From the NCBI GenBank assembly GCA_963802455.1, contig CAWDIY010000036.1, positions 16,052 through 80,051 of the forward strand: 64,000 nucleotides of DNA. Reading direction: 5' to 3'. Below are positions 10,079-19,429 of the stretch, one piece after another. The notes beneath the pieces were generated by a model. It searched no databases. It saw only the letters and a program-made list of their open reading frames with translations, and was not told the DNA's origin. The translations under genes and the position numbers were made by a program. The stretch comes from an uncultured Alphaproteobacteria bacterium (GTDB taxonomy: Bacteria; Pseudomonadota; Alphaproteobacteria; Rhizobiales; Rhizobiaceae). The number at the start of each line of letters is the position of its first letter. Position 1 is the stretch's first letter.

Positions 10079-11265
10079 AGCTGACCTACAATTGGCAAGC
10101 TGTGACCGCCATTGCGCTTTTGGCTTTCGCGCTCACTCAATTGAATATCATAGGGTCGGCGGTTGACGCCCACTACTTTCCGAATGCGAAGGAAAACCTA
10201 ATCGCGGCCGCGCTCGCAAAGGAAGGCCTGATCGCTGTCGCGCTCGTTGCTCTATCCGCGATCTTGTCGATGTCCGCGGGCAACAAAAGTGTTTTGCCAT
10301 TCGCTTTTGGATTGTTCGCCCATCTTGGAGCGCTGAAACTCTTAGGCATGCTGTCGATTGCCGAAGGTTCAGCGAGCTTCAGCTATTTCGCTGACGCTCG
10401 CGCGCCTGCTGGCTTCTCGCCTGGCGGCTGGTCACGGTTCTGTCCGGCGACGGTTCGCGCGGGTCGGGCGAAGGCTGGCTTGGCAGGCTCGGAGTCCCCG
10501 CCCTGTTCGGGCTTTGGATATTGATCCTGTGGGAAGCCATCACGCGCGGCGCGGGCGTGCCGTTCGTGCTGCTGCCGCCGCCCTCGGCGATTGGCGCGCG
10601 GTTCATGGCGTCCATCCCGATCCTTGGCGCGGACTTTGTGCAGACGGTTTTGAAGGCCGTGCTGTTCGGCTACATGGTCGGCTCGCTGGCGGGCTTCCTC
10701 ACCGCCATTCTCGCCGACCGCTTCAAATTCCTCTCCGACGGGCTGCTGCCCATCGGCAATATGGTCTCGGCCCTGCCGATCATCGGCATCGCGCCGGTCA
10801 TGGTCATCTGGTTCGGCTTTGACTGGCAGTCGAAGGCGGCGGTGGTGATTGTCATGACCTTCTTCCCGATGCTGGTGAACACAATTGAAGGGCTGAAAGC
10901 GGCGGGGGACATGGAGCGCGACCTGATGCGCACCTATGCGTCCGAGCCATTGGCAGACGCTTCTCAAGCTGCGGCTTCCCGCCGCCCTGCCCTTCATCTT
11001 CAACGCCCTCAAAATCAATTCCACCCTTGCCATGATCGGCGCCATCGTCGCCGAATTTTTCGGCACGCCGGTCGTCGGCATGGGTTTTCGAATCTCGACC
11101 GAAGTGGGTCGGATGAATCTCGACATGGTCTGGGCCGAAATTGCCCTTGCGGCCATCGTGGGATCGTTGTTCTATGGCGCTATCGCACTTCTCGAGCGCG
11201 CCGCAACATTTCTGGCACCCGTCCTACCGATAACAAAAACCGGGGCCGCAACACAGGAGCACTGA
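10075..11265 (+). pseudogene. Second ABC transporter permease (NitT/TauT family) with an unresolved N-terminal region and at least three frame breaks
   Basis: ATG 10075 overlaps the upstream stop (ATGA). The reading passes frame 1 (10075..10524), then frame 2 (ORF 10358..10822), then frame 0 (10521..11270: LGVPALFGLWILILWEAITRG...). A further break lies at cc 10942-10943 (...RTYAS|SHWQTLLKLRLPAALPF...). Confidence 0.65.
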
Positions 11266-11266
11266 A

Positions 11267-12235
11267 ATGAAAAAAACACTCAGCCTTACCATGGCTCTCA
11301 CACTGTCGCTGATGGCCGGATCAGCGCTTGCCGCCGACAAAATCGCGCTGCAATTGAAGTGGGTCGCGCAGGCGCAGTTCGCCGGATATTACGTCGCCAA
11401 GGCCAAGGGCTTTTACGACGAGGCAGGCCTTGACGTGGACATCAAGGCGGGCGGGCCGGACATTGCGCCGGAGCAGGTCATCGCCGGCGGCGGCGCGGAT
11501 GTGATCGTCGACTGGATGGGCGGCGCGCTGGCGGCCCGCGAAAAGGGCGTCGGCCTCGTCAACATCGCGCAGCCGTTTGAAAAGGCCGGGATGCAGCTGG
11601 TCTGCCCCGCCAACGGCCCGGTCAAGACCGAAGCCGATTTCAAGGGCCGCACATTGGGCGTCTGGTTCTTCGGCAATGAATATCCGTTCTATGCCTGGAT
11701 GAACAAGCTTGGTCTCAAAACCGAAGGCGGCGCGGACGGCGTCACGGTGTTGAAGCAGTCGTTCGACGTGCAGCCGCTGATCCAGAAGCAGGCCGACTGC
11801 ATTTCGGTCATGACCTATAATGAATATTGGCAGCTGATCGACGCCGGCTACAAGCCGGAAGACCTTGTCGTGTTCAACTATTCGGCCATGGGCAATGACC
11901 TCTTGGAAGACGGGCTCTACGCCATGGAAGACAAGCTGAAGGACCCGGCGTTCAAAGCCAACATGGTCAAATTCGTCGCCGCCTCGATGAAGGGCTGGAA
12001 ATATGCTCTGGAAAACGTGGACGAGGCAGCCGGCATCGTCATGGACAATGGCGGCCAGGACGAGAACCACCAGAAGCGGATGATGGGCGAAGTCGCCAAG
12101 CTGATCGGCTCAGGTTCCGGCAAGCTGGTTCCCGCCGCCTATGACCGCACAGCCAAGGCGCTCCTAGACCAGAAGATCATCACCAAGGAGCCGGTTGGGG
12201 CCTGGACGGCGGAGATTACCGATGCGGTGAAATAG
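11267..12235 (+). CDS. ABC transporter substrate-binding protein (NMT1/THI5-like, NitT/TauT family)
   Basis: 322-aa intact ORF with signal peptide MKKTLSLTMALTLSLMAGSALA. It is the last gene of the transporter. Confidence 0.85.
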   Translation: MKKTLSLTMALTLSLMAGSALAADKIALQLKWVAQAQFAGYYVAKAKGFYDEAGLDVDIKAGGPDIAPEQVIAGGGADVIVDWMGGALAAREKGVGLVNIAQPFEKAGMQLVCPANGPVKTEADFKGRTLGVWFFGNEYPFYAWMNKLGLKTEGGADGVTVLKQSFDVQPLIQKQADCISVMTYNEYWQLIDAGYKPEDLVVFNYSAMGNDLLEDGLYAMEDKLKDPAFKANMVKFVAASMKGWKYALENVDEAAGIVMDNGGQDENHQKRMMGEVAKLIGSGSGKLVPAAYDRTAKALLDQKIITKEPVGAWTAEITDAVK

Positions 12236-12258
12236 GCTGCGTTGCGAGAACGATAAAG

Positions 12259-12290
12259 CCCGCCGGAGCAATCCGGCGGGTTCTTTGTTT
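12259..12290 (+). terminator. Rho-independent terminator after the transporter operon
   Basis: A 9-bp GC stem cccgccgga/tccggcggg with loop gcaa, followed by ttctttgttt. Confidence 0.7.
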
Positions 12291-12571
12291 CACGCGGCAT
12301 GCGCAATCCGCATCTCAATATGCAGCCCCGCCGGCACTGCCAAATTGACCAGCGCGTCCAGCGCAAACAGATTGATCTTGCCGCGCGTGAGATCGGAGAC
12401 ACGCGGCTGGGTGACGCCGAAGCGCGATGCCGCCTCAGCCTGTGTCCAGCCATGACGCGTGATCTGCTCTTTCAGCGCCATCATCAAAGACGAGCGCAGC
12501 TTCATGTTTTCAGCTTCCGCTGGCGTGTCCTCGATGGCGTCCCAGACGCTGGCGAATTGCTCGTTGCTCAT
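12290..12571 (-). CDS. XRE-family HTH protein, HigA-type antitoxin-like, no partner toxin gene
   Basis: 93 aa from ATG 12571: MSNEQFASVWDAIEDTPAEAENMKLRSSLMMAL...GWTQAEAASRFGVTQPRVSDLTRGKINLFALDALV. The ORF-track extension to 12925 runs through a REP and was not used. Confidence 0.7.
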   Translation of the reverse strand: MSNEQFASVWDAIEDTPAEAENMKLRSSLMMALKEQITRHGWTQAEAASRFGVTQPRVSDLTRGKINLFALDALVNLAVPAGLHIEMRIAHAA

Positions 12572-12651
12572 AGCGAGGACTCGTTTCACGCCCAATTTGT
12601 CAAAACAGCAATTGCACTGAAAAGCTGCGAAATTTTGGCGCTGCGCCTCGC

Positions 12652-12688
12652 CTTCCCTTCTCCCCGCAAGAAGCGGGGAGAAGGGAAG
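12652..12688. repeat. Family-2 REP-like hairpin
   Basis: cttcccttctccccgc-aagaa-gcggggagaagggaag. It is related to the ccttcccc..gcaagggggaagg units at 44240-44404. Confidence 0.6.
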
Positions 12689-12693
12689 AGCGA

Positions 12694-14286
12694 CTATTTT
12701 TCCGCCCAAACCGCTGCCGCTTCCCCTCGCTCCAATACATAAAACCCGTCCGCCGCCACGCTCTCCCATTCCCCCGCCGCCCCGTCCGGCCAGACCACGC
12801 GCAGCTTGGCTTTCTCCATCTCGCCCAGCCCCATATGCACCCAGCCGCTCTGCCCCGACGCATGGCCGCCGCCGGAGGTGATTTCGCGGCGCATCACTTT
12901 GCCGTCCCGCTTCACTTCCAGCCATGCGCCGACGGCGTTGACGTTTGGCGCAGGCTGTTCAAGGCTCACCTCGATCAAATGTCCGGAAAGCAGGCTGACA
13001 TTGCGCCAGAGCTGCGCCTTGGACCAGCGGTTGACGACCACAAGATCAAGGAGGCCATCGAGATTGAAATCGGCAAGCGCCGCGCCGCTTCCAATCTCTG
13101 TGCTTGCGATTCCGGCCTTGTTCCCCGCCTCCACAAATTTCCCGTCCGGCAATTGCAGCAACAGGTTGTTCGGGTCCTTCGCCGCGAAGTCCGGCATCTT
13201 GGCGACGTTGCCTTTGGCGATGAAAATGTCCGCCAATCCGTCATTGTTCACGTCCTCAAACTGCGTGTGCCACGCGGTCGAGGGCTTCAAATCCCCGCCC
13301 ATATAGGGGCGGTGCGCGGTGACGCCTCTCGGGTAGGCGACGTCCTTGAAATCGGCCTTGCCGTTTCCGGGCGCGGCGAGCGTCTGCAATTTATTATCGG
13401 CCATTGAGGTGAGGAAATATTCGGGGAAGCCGTCGAAATCCAAGTCGTAGGAGGCGACACCCATGCCCCATATGCGCAGCGGCTTCCAGCCTTCCGCCTC
13501 GGTGTAGAGCGCCGGCGCCTTGCCGGGATCGACATGCCAGAGCTGCTCCTGCCCGCCCTCGTAATATTCGCGGTCGTTCGACACGCGCAGGGACGGCGTG
13601 CCGGAACGGTTCCAGTCGGTGAACAGCATGGACAGGGCGCAATAGCTCGGCTTCAGCGGCAGCGGCGCGGCGAATTTGCGAGGTGTGTCCATAGCGGGCC
13701 GGTGCAGCCAATTATCGGTGCACGAGCCCCAGGGCGATATCTCCTCAGTGCGGTCCACATAATTGCCGATGGCAAGCGTCGGCCATGAAGCGCCTTTTTC
13801 CCATGTGGCGGCAAACGCCGTTGACCACGCGTCGCCGCCGTCAAATCCCCAAGTCTCGTTGGCGCGCTCGAATTGACACCAACCTTTGCCGCGCATGACG
13901 AGGTTTTCGCCGACGCGCAGCAAGACGAGGTCCATGATGCCGTCGCTGTCCACATCAAGCGGATAGGCACCGGTGACCTTGTCGAATTCGAGCCCACTCT
14001 TGAGCAGCTCAAACTTCAGCGCGCCGCCGCGCTGGCTGGCATTGCGGTAAAATTTCGCGGGCGCGGACCCTCCCGCCATCAGCATGTCGGCATAGCCGTC
14101 CGCATTGCAGTCGAACGCCGCGACGCCGCCGCCGGCGGTGAATTCCCAGTCGCCCTCATAGACGTGGTCAATGCCCGCGCTGGCGGTTTCCTCTGTGAAA
14201 GCGGGAACCTCGACGCTGTTCCCGGCGCCGAAACAACGCGCGCTGTGCAGCACAGCCATCAAAAGGCATGGCGCCAAATACTTCAA
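12694..14286 (-). CDS. Secreted FG-GAP/VCBS-repeat protein with ASPIC/UnbV-type C-terminus (CRTAC1 family)
   Basis: 530-aa intact ORF. Signal peptide MKYLAPCLLMAVLHSARCFGAG. Repeated Ca-binding-like motifs DCNADGYADM, DVDSDGIMDL, DLDFDGFPEY, DVNNDGLADI, DFNLDGLLDL. C-terminal ...TSGGGHASGQSGWVHMGLG. Confidence 0.75.
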   Translation of the reverse strand: MKYLAPCLLMAVLHSARCFGAGNSVEVPAFTEETASAGIDHVYEGDWEFTAGGGVAAFDCNADGYADMLMAGGSAPAKFYRNASQRGGALKFELLKSGLEFDKVTGAYPLDVDSDGIMDLVLLRVGENLVMRGKGWCQFERANETWGFDGGDAWSTAFAATWEKGASWPTLAIGNYVDRTEEISPWGSCTDNWLHRPAMDTPRKFAAPLPLKPSYCALSMLFTDWNRSGTPSLRVSNDREYYEGGQEQLWHVDPGKAPALYTEAEGWKPLRIWGMGVASYDLDFDGFPEYFLTSMADNKLQTLAAPGNGKADFKDVAYPRGVTAHRPYMGGDLKPSTAWHTQFEDVNNDGLADIFIAKGNVAKMPDFAAKDPNNLLLQLPDGKFVEAGNKAGIASTEIGSGAALADFNLDGLLDLVVVNRWSKAQLWRNVSLLSGHLIEVSLEQPAPNVNAVGAWLEVKRDGKVMRREITSGGGHASGQSGWVHMGLGEMEKAKLRVVWPDGAAGEWESVAADGFYVLERGEAAAVWAEK

Positions 14287-14289
14287 GGC

Positions 14290-15605
14290 CTAATTCCTCG
14301 TCTTCAACGCATTGGCATATGCGCCGATGCAGCGGCCCTGTTCGAGCCCACGCTCGATGGCGGCGCGGAAATGGATGCCACCGTAAAGGCGGGAAATCCC
14401 AGCCTCCTCAGCTGCTGCGTTGAAGCTTGAAAAGGTCCGCGCCTTGACGCCGTCCTTCACATGAGTGGCATCTTCAAAGGCGAAATTTTCGCCAAAGAAC
14501 TTCGTCAGCACAGCGGCCGCCGCCGCAGACTGGGTGGAGTGGCCGCTTGGATATTCCGGAAATGGCGGCGTGTTCAGCACGCTCTCCCATTTTGCGTCCA
14601 TGGTGCGGCGGATGTATGTGACGGGGCGCAAGAGGTCATACTCGAACTTGGTCTGCCAGCAGCCGATGAACGCGTCGGCCAGCGTCACGCCGAGCCGCGC
14701 CAAAATCTCGGCGCTCCGGTTCACATCCGCATTTTCCCGCTCAAGAATTTGCAGCGTGATCGACACCCAATGTCCCGGCGGCGTTGGCGAAAGCATGGCG
14801 TCATCCGACCAGAACCGCGCAATGGCGCGCTGCTCCGGCGTCAGGTTCTTCTTTACCTCGAACACTTCCAGCGCCTGCTTATAAAACTCGGAATCCTTGT
14901 CCTCGCTGTAGGCGGGCGGGGCGGGCAGCGGGCAGGCCTTGCCGTCCGGCATGGCGAAAGTGCGGTTTGTTCCCCATGTGGGCAGCAGCGGCATTTGCTG
15001 CAAGGGGATCACGCTGGTTGGAACCCAGTTCGGCGCGCCCTTTGTCAGGTCATAGACGGCGGGGAAGCCGAGGTTTTCGACAGCTGCGCCACCATCGTTC
15101 TGCGACCAGGCCAGTATGTGTCCGGCCACCGACTCTGCCATAGGCTTCGCTGCGCGCGGCGACATCGGCGGCAAGTCCGGATGAGGTTTCAGTGCGCAGC
15201 TTCGCCCCAAGCCGCTCCATGACGCGCTGGCCCGTCGGGCCAGTGTTGGAAAAAAAGCCTCTGACCGCCGTTTCCAAGGCGGCGTTCAAGACTGCCGCTT
15301 CGTCATATTTTTCGCCCGCCCCGCGCAGGGGCACAGCCTGCAGCGCGTTCAGCTGGCCCGCGAGCGAATTGCAGCCCGCCCGCTCCGCCTGCCGCAGCCT
15401 CAAAAGCCGTGACGCCGAGATAGGCGAAGGTCCGGCTGGCGACGGGCGGCGAATAGGTGGCGGTGTGGCGGGTCAGTTCAAGCGCAACTTTATACCAGGT
15501 CCGCAGCACTTGCTCCGGTGGCTTTCTTTCCGCCCAAACCGCTCCGGGAGAAGCCAGGAACGCAGCGGCCATTGCCGCTATCATCACTCTGCGCGAGACA
15601 CTCAT
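14290..15605 (-). pseudogene. PAP2-superfamily / vanadium-dependent haloperoxidase-like protein, secreted, two +1 frame breaks (about 15390 and about 15150)
   Basis: ATG 15605 ([25 protein letters not shown] signal). The gene is covered by ORFs 15303..15689, 15050..15403 and 14290..15210. PAP2 motifs PEYPSGHSTQSAAAA and SRLYGGIHFRAA are present. Confidence 0.75.
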
Positions 15606-15637
15606 TCGAGAAAAGCCGCCACGTTTTTTCGCGCCCT

Positions 15638-16543
15638 TCAGGCCGCTTCGCGCAATGCGCCCGGCCCCGGTATCGCGCCTTTGGGGCATTTGCCGGCGAT
15701 GATCATGCCGAGCACCTCGTCGCCGGTCACATCCTTGACATGGGCGGTGCCGACGACTTTGCCGTTTTTCATCACGCAGACACGGTCCGCAAGATCGAAC
15801 ACGTCATGGATGTCGTGGCTGATGAGGAAAATGCCGATGCCGTCCGCCTTCAGCTGCTTGATAAGCTCGCCGACCTGCGCCGTCTCCTGCGGCCCGAGCG
15901 CCGCCGTCGGCTCGTCCATGATGAGGATGCGGGCGTTGAACAGGATGGCGCGGGCGATGGCCACCGACTGGCGCTGGCCGCCCGACAGTTTGTTGACCGG
16001 CTCCTTGAAGCGGCGGAAGTTCGGGTTGAGCCGCCCCATGACTTTTCGCGCCTCGGCCTCCATTGCCACATCGTCCAGCGTTCCAAGGGCGGTTTTCAGC
16101 TCGCGACCGAGGTAAAGATTGGCGGCGGCGTCGATGTTATCGGCGAGCGCCAGCGTCTGGTAGATCGTTTCAATCCCGTACGCCTTGGCGTCGCGCGGAT
16201 TATTGATTGACGCTTCCACGCCATCAATGAATATCTGGCCGTGATCGCGCTTGTAGGCGCCGGAGAGCATTTTGATCAGCGTCGATTTCCCGGCGCCATT
16301 GTGGCCGAGCAGAGCGACCACTTCGCCCGGATAGAGATCGACACTCGCGTGATCCACCGCTCTGATGCCGCCAAAAGCGATGGAGATGTCACGCATCTCC
16401 ACAAGCGGCGCACCGCGCGACACTGGCGCAGGAGCGACTGTTGCCGCCCTAGCAGGCGAGGCATTCTTGGCGGCCGATTTCTTTGTGGGAGCCTTTTTGG
16501 CAACCGGCTTTTTCGCAGGGGCTTTGATTGTTGACTTGACCAT
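15638..16543 (-). CDS. Sugar ABC transporter ATP-binding protein (single ABC domain) with a Lys/Ala/Pro-rich N-terminal extension
   Basis: Walker [10 protein letters not shown], signature LSGGQRQ, Walker [15 protein letters not shown] 16543 has a strong SD (gaggggga, 5-nt spacer). Residues 1-49: [49 protein letters not shown]. Confidence 0.8.
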   Translation of the reverse strand: MVKSTIKAPAKKPVAKKAPTKKSAAKNASPARAATVAPAPVSRGAPLVEMRDISIAFGGIRAVDHASVDLYPGEVVALLGHNGAGKSTLIKMLSGAYKRDHGQIFIDGVEASINNPRDAKAYGIETIYQTLALADNIDAAANLYLGRELKTALGTLDDVAMEAEARKVMGRLNPNFRRFKEPVNKLSGGQRQSVAIARAILFNARILIMDEPTAALGPQETAQVGELIKQLKADGIGIFLISHDIHDVFDLADRVCVMKNGKVVGTAHVKDVTGDEVLGMIIAGKCPKGAIPGPGALREAA

Positions 16544-16554
16544 TTCTGTCCCCC

Positions 16555-17958
16555 TCACTTCACCCGCTTGCGATAGATCTGGTCAAGCCAGACCGCGAAC
16601 ACCAGAACCGATCCGACCACAATGTCCTTGAAAGCGGAATCAAAGTTCAGAAGCGTCATGCCCGACTGCAGCGACTGCATGAACAGCGCGCCGAGCAAAG
16701 CGCCATAGATCGTCCCGATGCCGCCTGCCAGCGATGTGCCGCCGATGACGGCCGCGGCGATGACGGCGAGCTCATTCAATGTGCCAAGCGCCGTGGTGGC
16801 GGCTTCGAGCCTGGAGGACGAAATGACCGACGAAATCGCCACAAGCGCGCCCATCAGCATGAAGACTTTGACCGTGAGTTTGCGCGTATTGATGCCGGCG
16901 AGCTCCGCCGCTTCGGGATTGCCGCCGACTGCGAACACATAACGGCCAAAAGTTGTGCGGGTTGTGATGAAGGTCATGACCAGGCCGACCGCCAGCGCGA
17001 TCAGCACCGGCAGCGCGTAGCCGGTGTAGTAGACCAGACCCTCCGTGCAGCGCACGATTTTTTCCGCCGCCATGCAGATGGCTTGCCCGTCCTTGTCCTC
17101 AACACCCGCCGGGATGGCGACTTTGTTGGCGACCGCGTAATTCTCAATCAGTTTTGGCGCCCATGCATAGGAATTGACAATATGGGTGACGCCGAGGACC
17201 ACCGCGCCGCCGAGGATGCCGAGCAGCCATTCGGCCCATATCGGGCGCAGCGGAAATTTGAAGCGCAGCCGGTTGCGGCGCTCATTGATGATCGCGAACG
17301 CGACGCCGAAGCAGCCGATTGCGGCGAGGGCCCAGCTCCAGAACGGCCCCAGCGAGGCGAGCGGATTGTTGCCGCCGATCAAGTTGAAGGTCTTGTCGAG
17401 CGGCGCGACCGTCACACCGCTGGCGACAAGAAAGCCGACGCCATTGTAGGCGATGAGGCCGCCGAGCGTGACGATGAAGGACGGTATGTTGCCATAAGCG
17501 ACCAGCACGCCATTGAACCAGCCGATCAGCACGCCGAGCGCAAGGGCCACGAGCACGGCGATGATCCAGATGAAACCATTGCCGACGCCGAGCGTCGGAC
17601 CCAGATAGTAGACCTGCAATACGCCAGTTGAAATCGCCACAAGGCTAAGCATTGATCCAACCGAGAGGTCGATGTGGCGCATCACGATAATGAGAACCAT
17701 GCCTGTCGCCATGACGGCGATTGATGAGGTTTGAACGAGCAGAGTTGAGAGATTGCGATAGGTCAGAAACGCACCGCCGAACAGGCCTTCATTGGGGCGC
17801 AGGATGCCGCTGTAAATGTCAAACCCAATCCAGATCGCCAGCAGCGCTGCGATCATGCCAAGCATGCGCGTGTCGATTTCCGTCTCCCGAAGAAACCGGG
17901 CCAGCGCGCCGTCATCGCTTGCCGCCGGATTTTGGCTTGTGTTCTCGCTTACTGCCAT
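16555..17958 (-). CDS. Sugar ABC transporter permease (XylH-like, CUT2 family)
   Basis: Polytopic membrane ORF. ATG 17958 is preceded by gggagg. The ORF-track TTG at 17985 is an alternative start. Confidence 0.8.
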   Translation of the reverse strand: MAVSENTSQNPAASDDGALARFLRETEIDTRMLGMIAALLAIWIGFDIYSGILRPNEGLFGGAFLTYRNLSTLLVQTSSIAVMATGMVLIIVMRHIDLSVGSMLSLVAISTGVLQVYYLGPTLGVGNGFIWIIAVLVALALGVLIGWFNGVLVAYGNIPSFIVTLGGLIAYNGVGFLVASGVTVAPLDKTFNLIGGNNPLASLGPFWSWALAAIGCFGVAFAIINERRNRLRFKFPLRPIWAEWLLGILGGAVVLGVTHIVNSYAWAPKLIENYAVANKVAIPAGVEDKDGQAICMAAEKIVRCTEGLVYYTGYALPVLIALAVGLVMTFITTRTTFGRYVFAVGGNPEAAELAGINTRKLTVKVFMLMGALVAISSVISSSRLEAATTALGTLNELAVIAAAVIGGTSLAGGIGTIYGALLGALFMQSLQSGMTLLNFDSAFKDIVVGSVLVFAVWLDQIYRKRVK

Positions 17959-18099
17959 GCTCGCCTCCCGATCGATAATGGACAAACCGTATTATGCGCT
18001 GCGCGCGACAGCAAAGCTCGGATTTCGGGCTCAGCCCCAAAACGCTTGAATTGTCATGCTGTCCTTCGTCACTGACGGTTTTGTCAAAGACGGAACTTT

Positions 18100-18147
18100 G
18101 AAAAATGGCCGCGCCACCGAAATGCGGAGGGCGCGGCCATTTTTTTC
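18100..18147 (-). terminator. Bidirectional hairpin between the binding-protein and permease genes (intra-operon attenuator/terminator)
   Basis: An 11-bp stem atggccgcgcc (18105-18115) / ggcgcggccat (18130-18140), flanked by an A-run and a T-run. Confidence 0.6.
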
Positions 18148-18165
18148 ATTGACTATGGGTTCAGA

Positions 18166-19206
18166 TCAACCACAAGCCGGATTTGTGCCAGCAGCCACAC
18201 CGGCGCAGACGACGTCCTTCGCCACCCAGCCCGCATCAATCACTTCATTGAGCTTGTCTTTGGTGATAGGGTTTGGAGCCAGTAGAATTGCGTTGACTTC
18301 AACCTTTTTGGCGCCGCCAGCGAACTTGGTCACACCGGCCAGAGTTGCAGCATCGGCGCCGCCAGCGATGGCGACAGCTGCTTCAGCGGCCACCTTGCCC
18401 AGCGCGCGGGCGTCTTTCCATACGGACACGGTCTGAGTGCCGAGAGCAACGCGGTTCAGCGCGGCATGATCGCCGTCCTGACCGGACACTGGAACGGTGC
18501 CAGCAAGACCCTGTGCGTTCAGAGCCGCGACAACACCGGATGCCATGCCGTCGTTTTCAGAAACAACCGCATCAATCTTGTTGCCGTTTGCCGTCAGGCA
18601 CTGTTCCATGTTCTTCTGGGCATTGTCCGGCTTCCAACCGTCGGTGAATGTCTCACAGACGTTCTTGATCTTGCCGCCGTCCATGTTTTCCTTCAGCACT
18701 TCCATAATGCCTTCGAAGAGGAACGTCGCGTTCGGATCGCCCTTGTCGCCCTTGATGAAGGCGTAGTTGCCCTCTGGCTTGGCGGCGAGGATTTCCTTGG
18801 CCATCAGACGACCTACGCCCACATTGTCAAAAGTCACGTAGAGCGCGTTTGGATCTTCCACGAGCACGTCGTAGGAGATCATTTTGACGCCTGCGTCGCT
18901 GGCGGCTTTGAAAGACGGCAGGATCGCGTCGCTGTCGAATGCGACAACGAGAATGACGTCAACCTTCTGCGAGATCAGGCCTTCGATATCGGCGGCCTGC
19001 TTCTGCGCTGAGCCTTGAGCATCCGTGGAGATGTATTTGTCGCCGGCAGCCTCAACAACGGCTTGAATGGCGGCTTCGTCGGTCTTCCAGCGCTCTTCCT
19101 GGAATGTTTTCCACGAAACGGCTATTGTCTTGTCCTTGGCAAGCGCGGCGCTTGTGTAGGACATTGCAAGCACAGCGCCCAAGAGCGCGGCGGTCAGTTT
19201 CTTCAT
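18166..19206 (-). CDS. xylF: D-xylose-type ABC transporter substrate-binding protein
   Basis: 346-aa ORF with signal peptide MKKLTAALLGAVLAMSYTSAALA. It is collinear with E. coli XylF (ERW..., FDNVGVG, DGWKPDNA, NDGMASGVVAAL, GQDGD). xylR/xylB/xylA lie next door. Confidence 0.8.
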   Translation of the reverse strand: MKKLTAALLGAVLAMSYTSAALAKDKTIAVSWKTFQEERWKTDEAAIQAVVEAAGDKYISTDAQGSAQKQAADIEGLISQKVDVILVVAFDSDAILPSFKAASDAGVKMISYDVLVEDPNALYVTFDNVGVGRLMAKEILAAKPEGNYAFIKGDKGDPNATFLFEGIMEVLKENMDGGKIKNVCETFTDGWKPDNAQKNMEQCLTANGNKIDAVVSENDGMASGVVAALNAQGLAGTVPVSGQDGDHAALNRVALGTQTVSVWKDARALGKVAAEAAVAIAGGADAATLAGVTKFAGGAKKVEVNAILLAPNPITKDKLNEVIDAGWVAKDVVCAGVAAGTNPACG

Positions 19207-19429
19207 GTGATCCTCCCGAGTGCCGTTCAGGCACGAATTTCTGTTCAGTCCGTGTGTTCCCGATGCTAAAACAACGTTGATAACATCAGGGAGCGTCTCT
19301 TTTAATTCGAGGCCCGAAATAATGAGTGACTCAGAATTAATCCTGTGTCAACATCCATTTCAGCGGGCTCCCTTTGAGCCTGCGCCACATTCAAAATAAA
19401 ATCAACAGGGTGTGGCAGGAGGAGAGACG

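Noticed and set aside
10358-11156. ORFs 10358..10822+ and 10383..11156- as independent genes
   Set aside because: They overlap the conserved permease frame. The first is probably only a bridge frame created by indels, and the second is an antisense shadow ORF.
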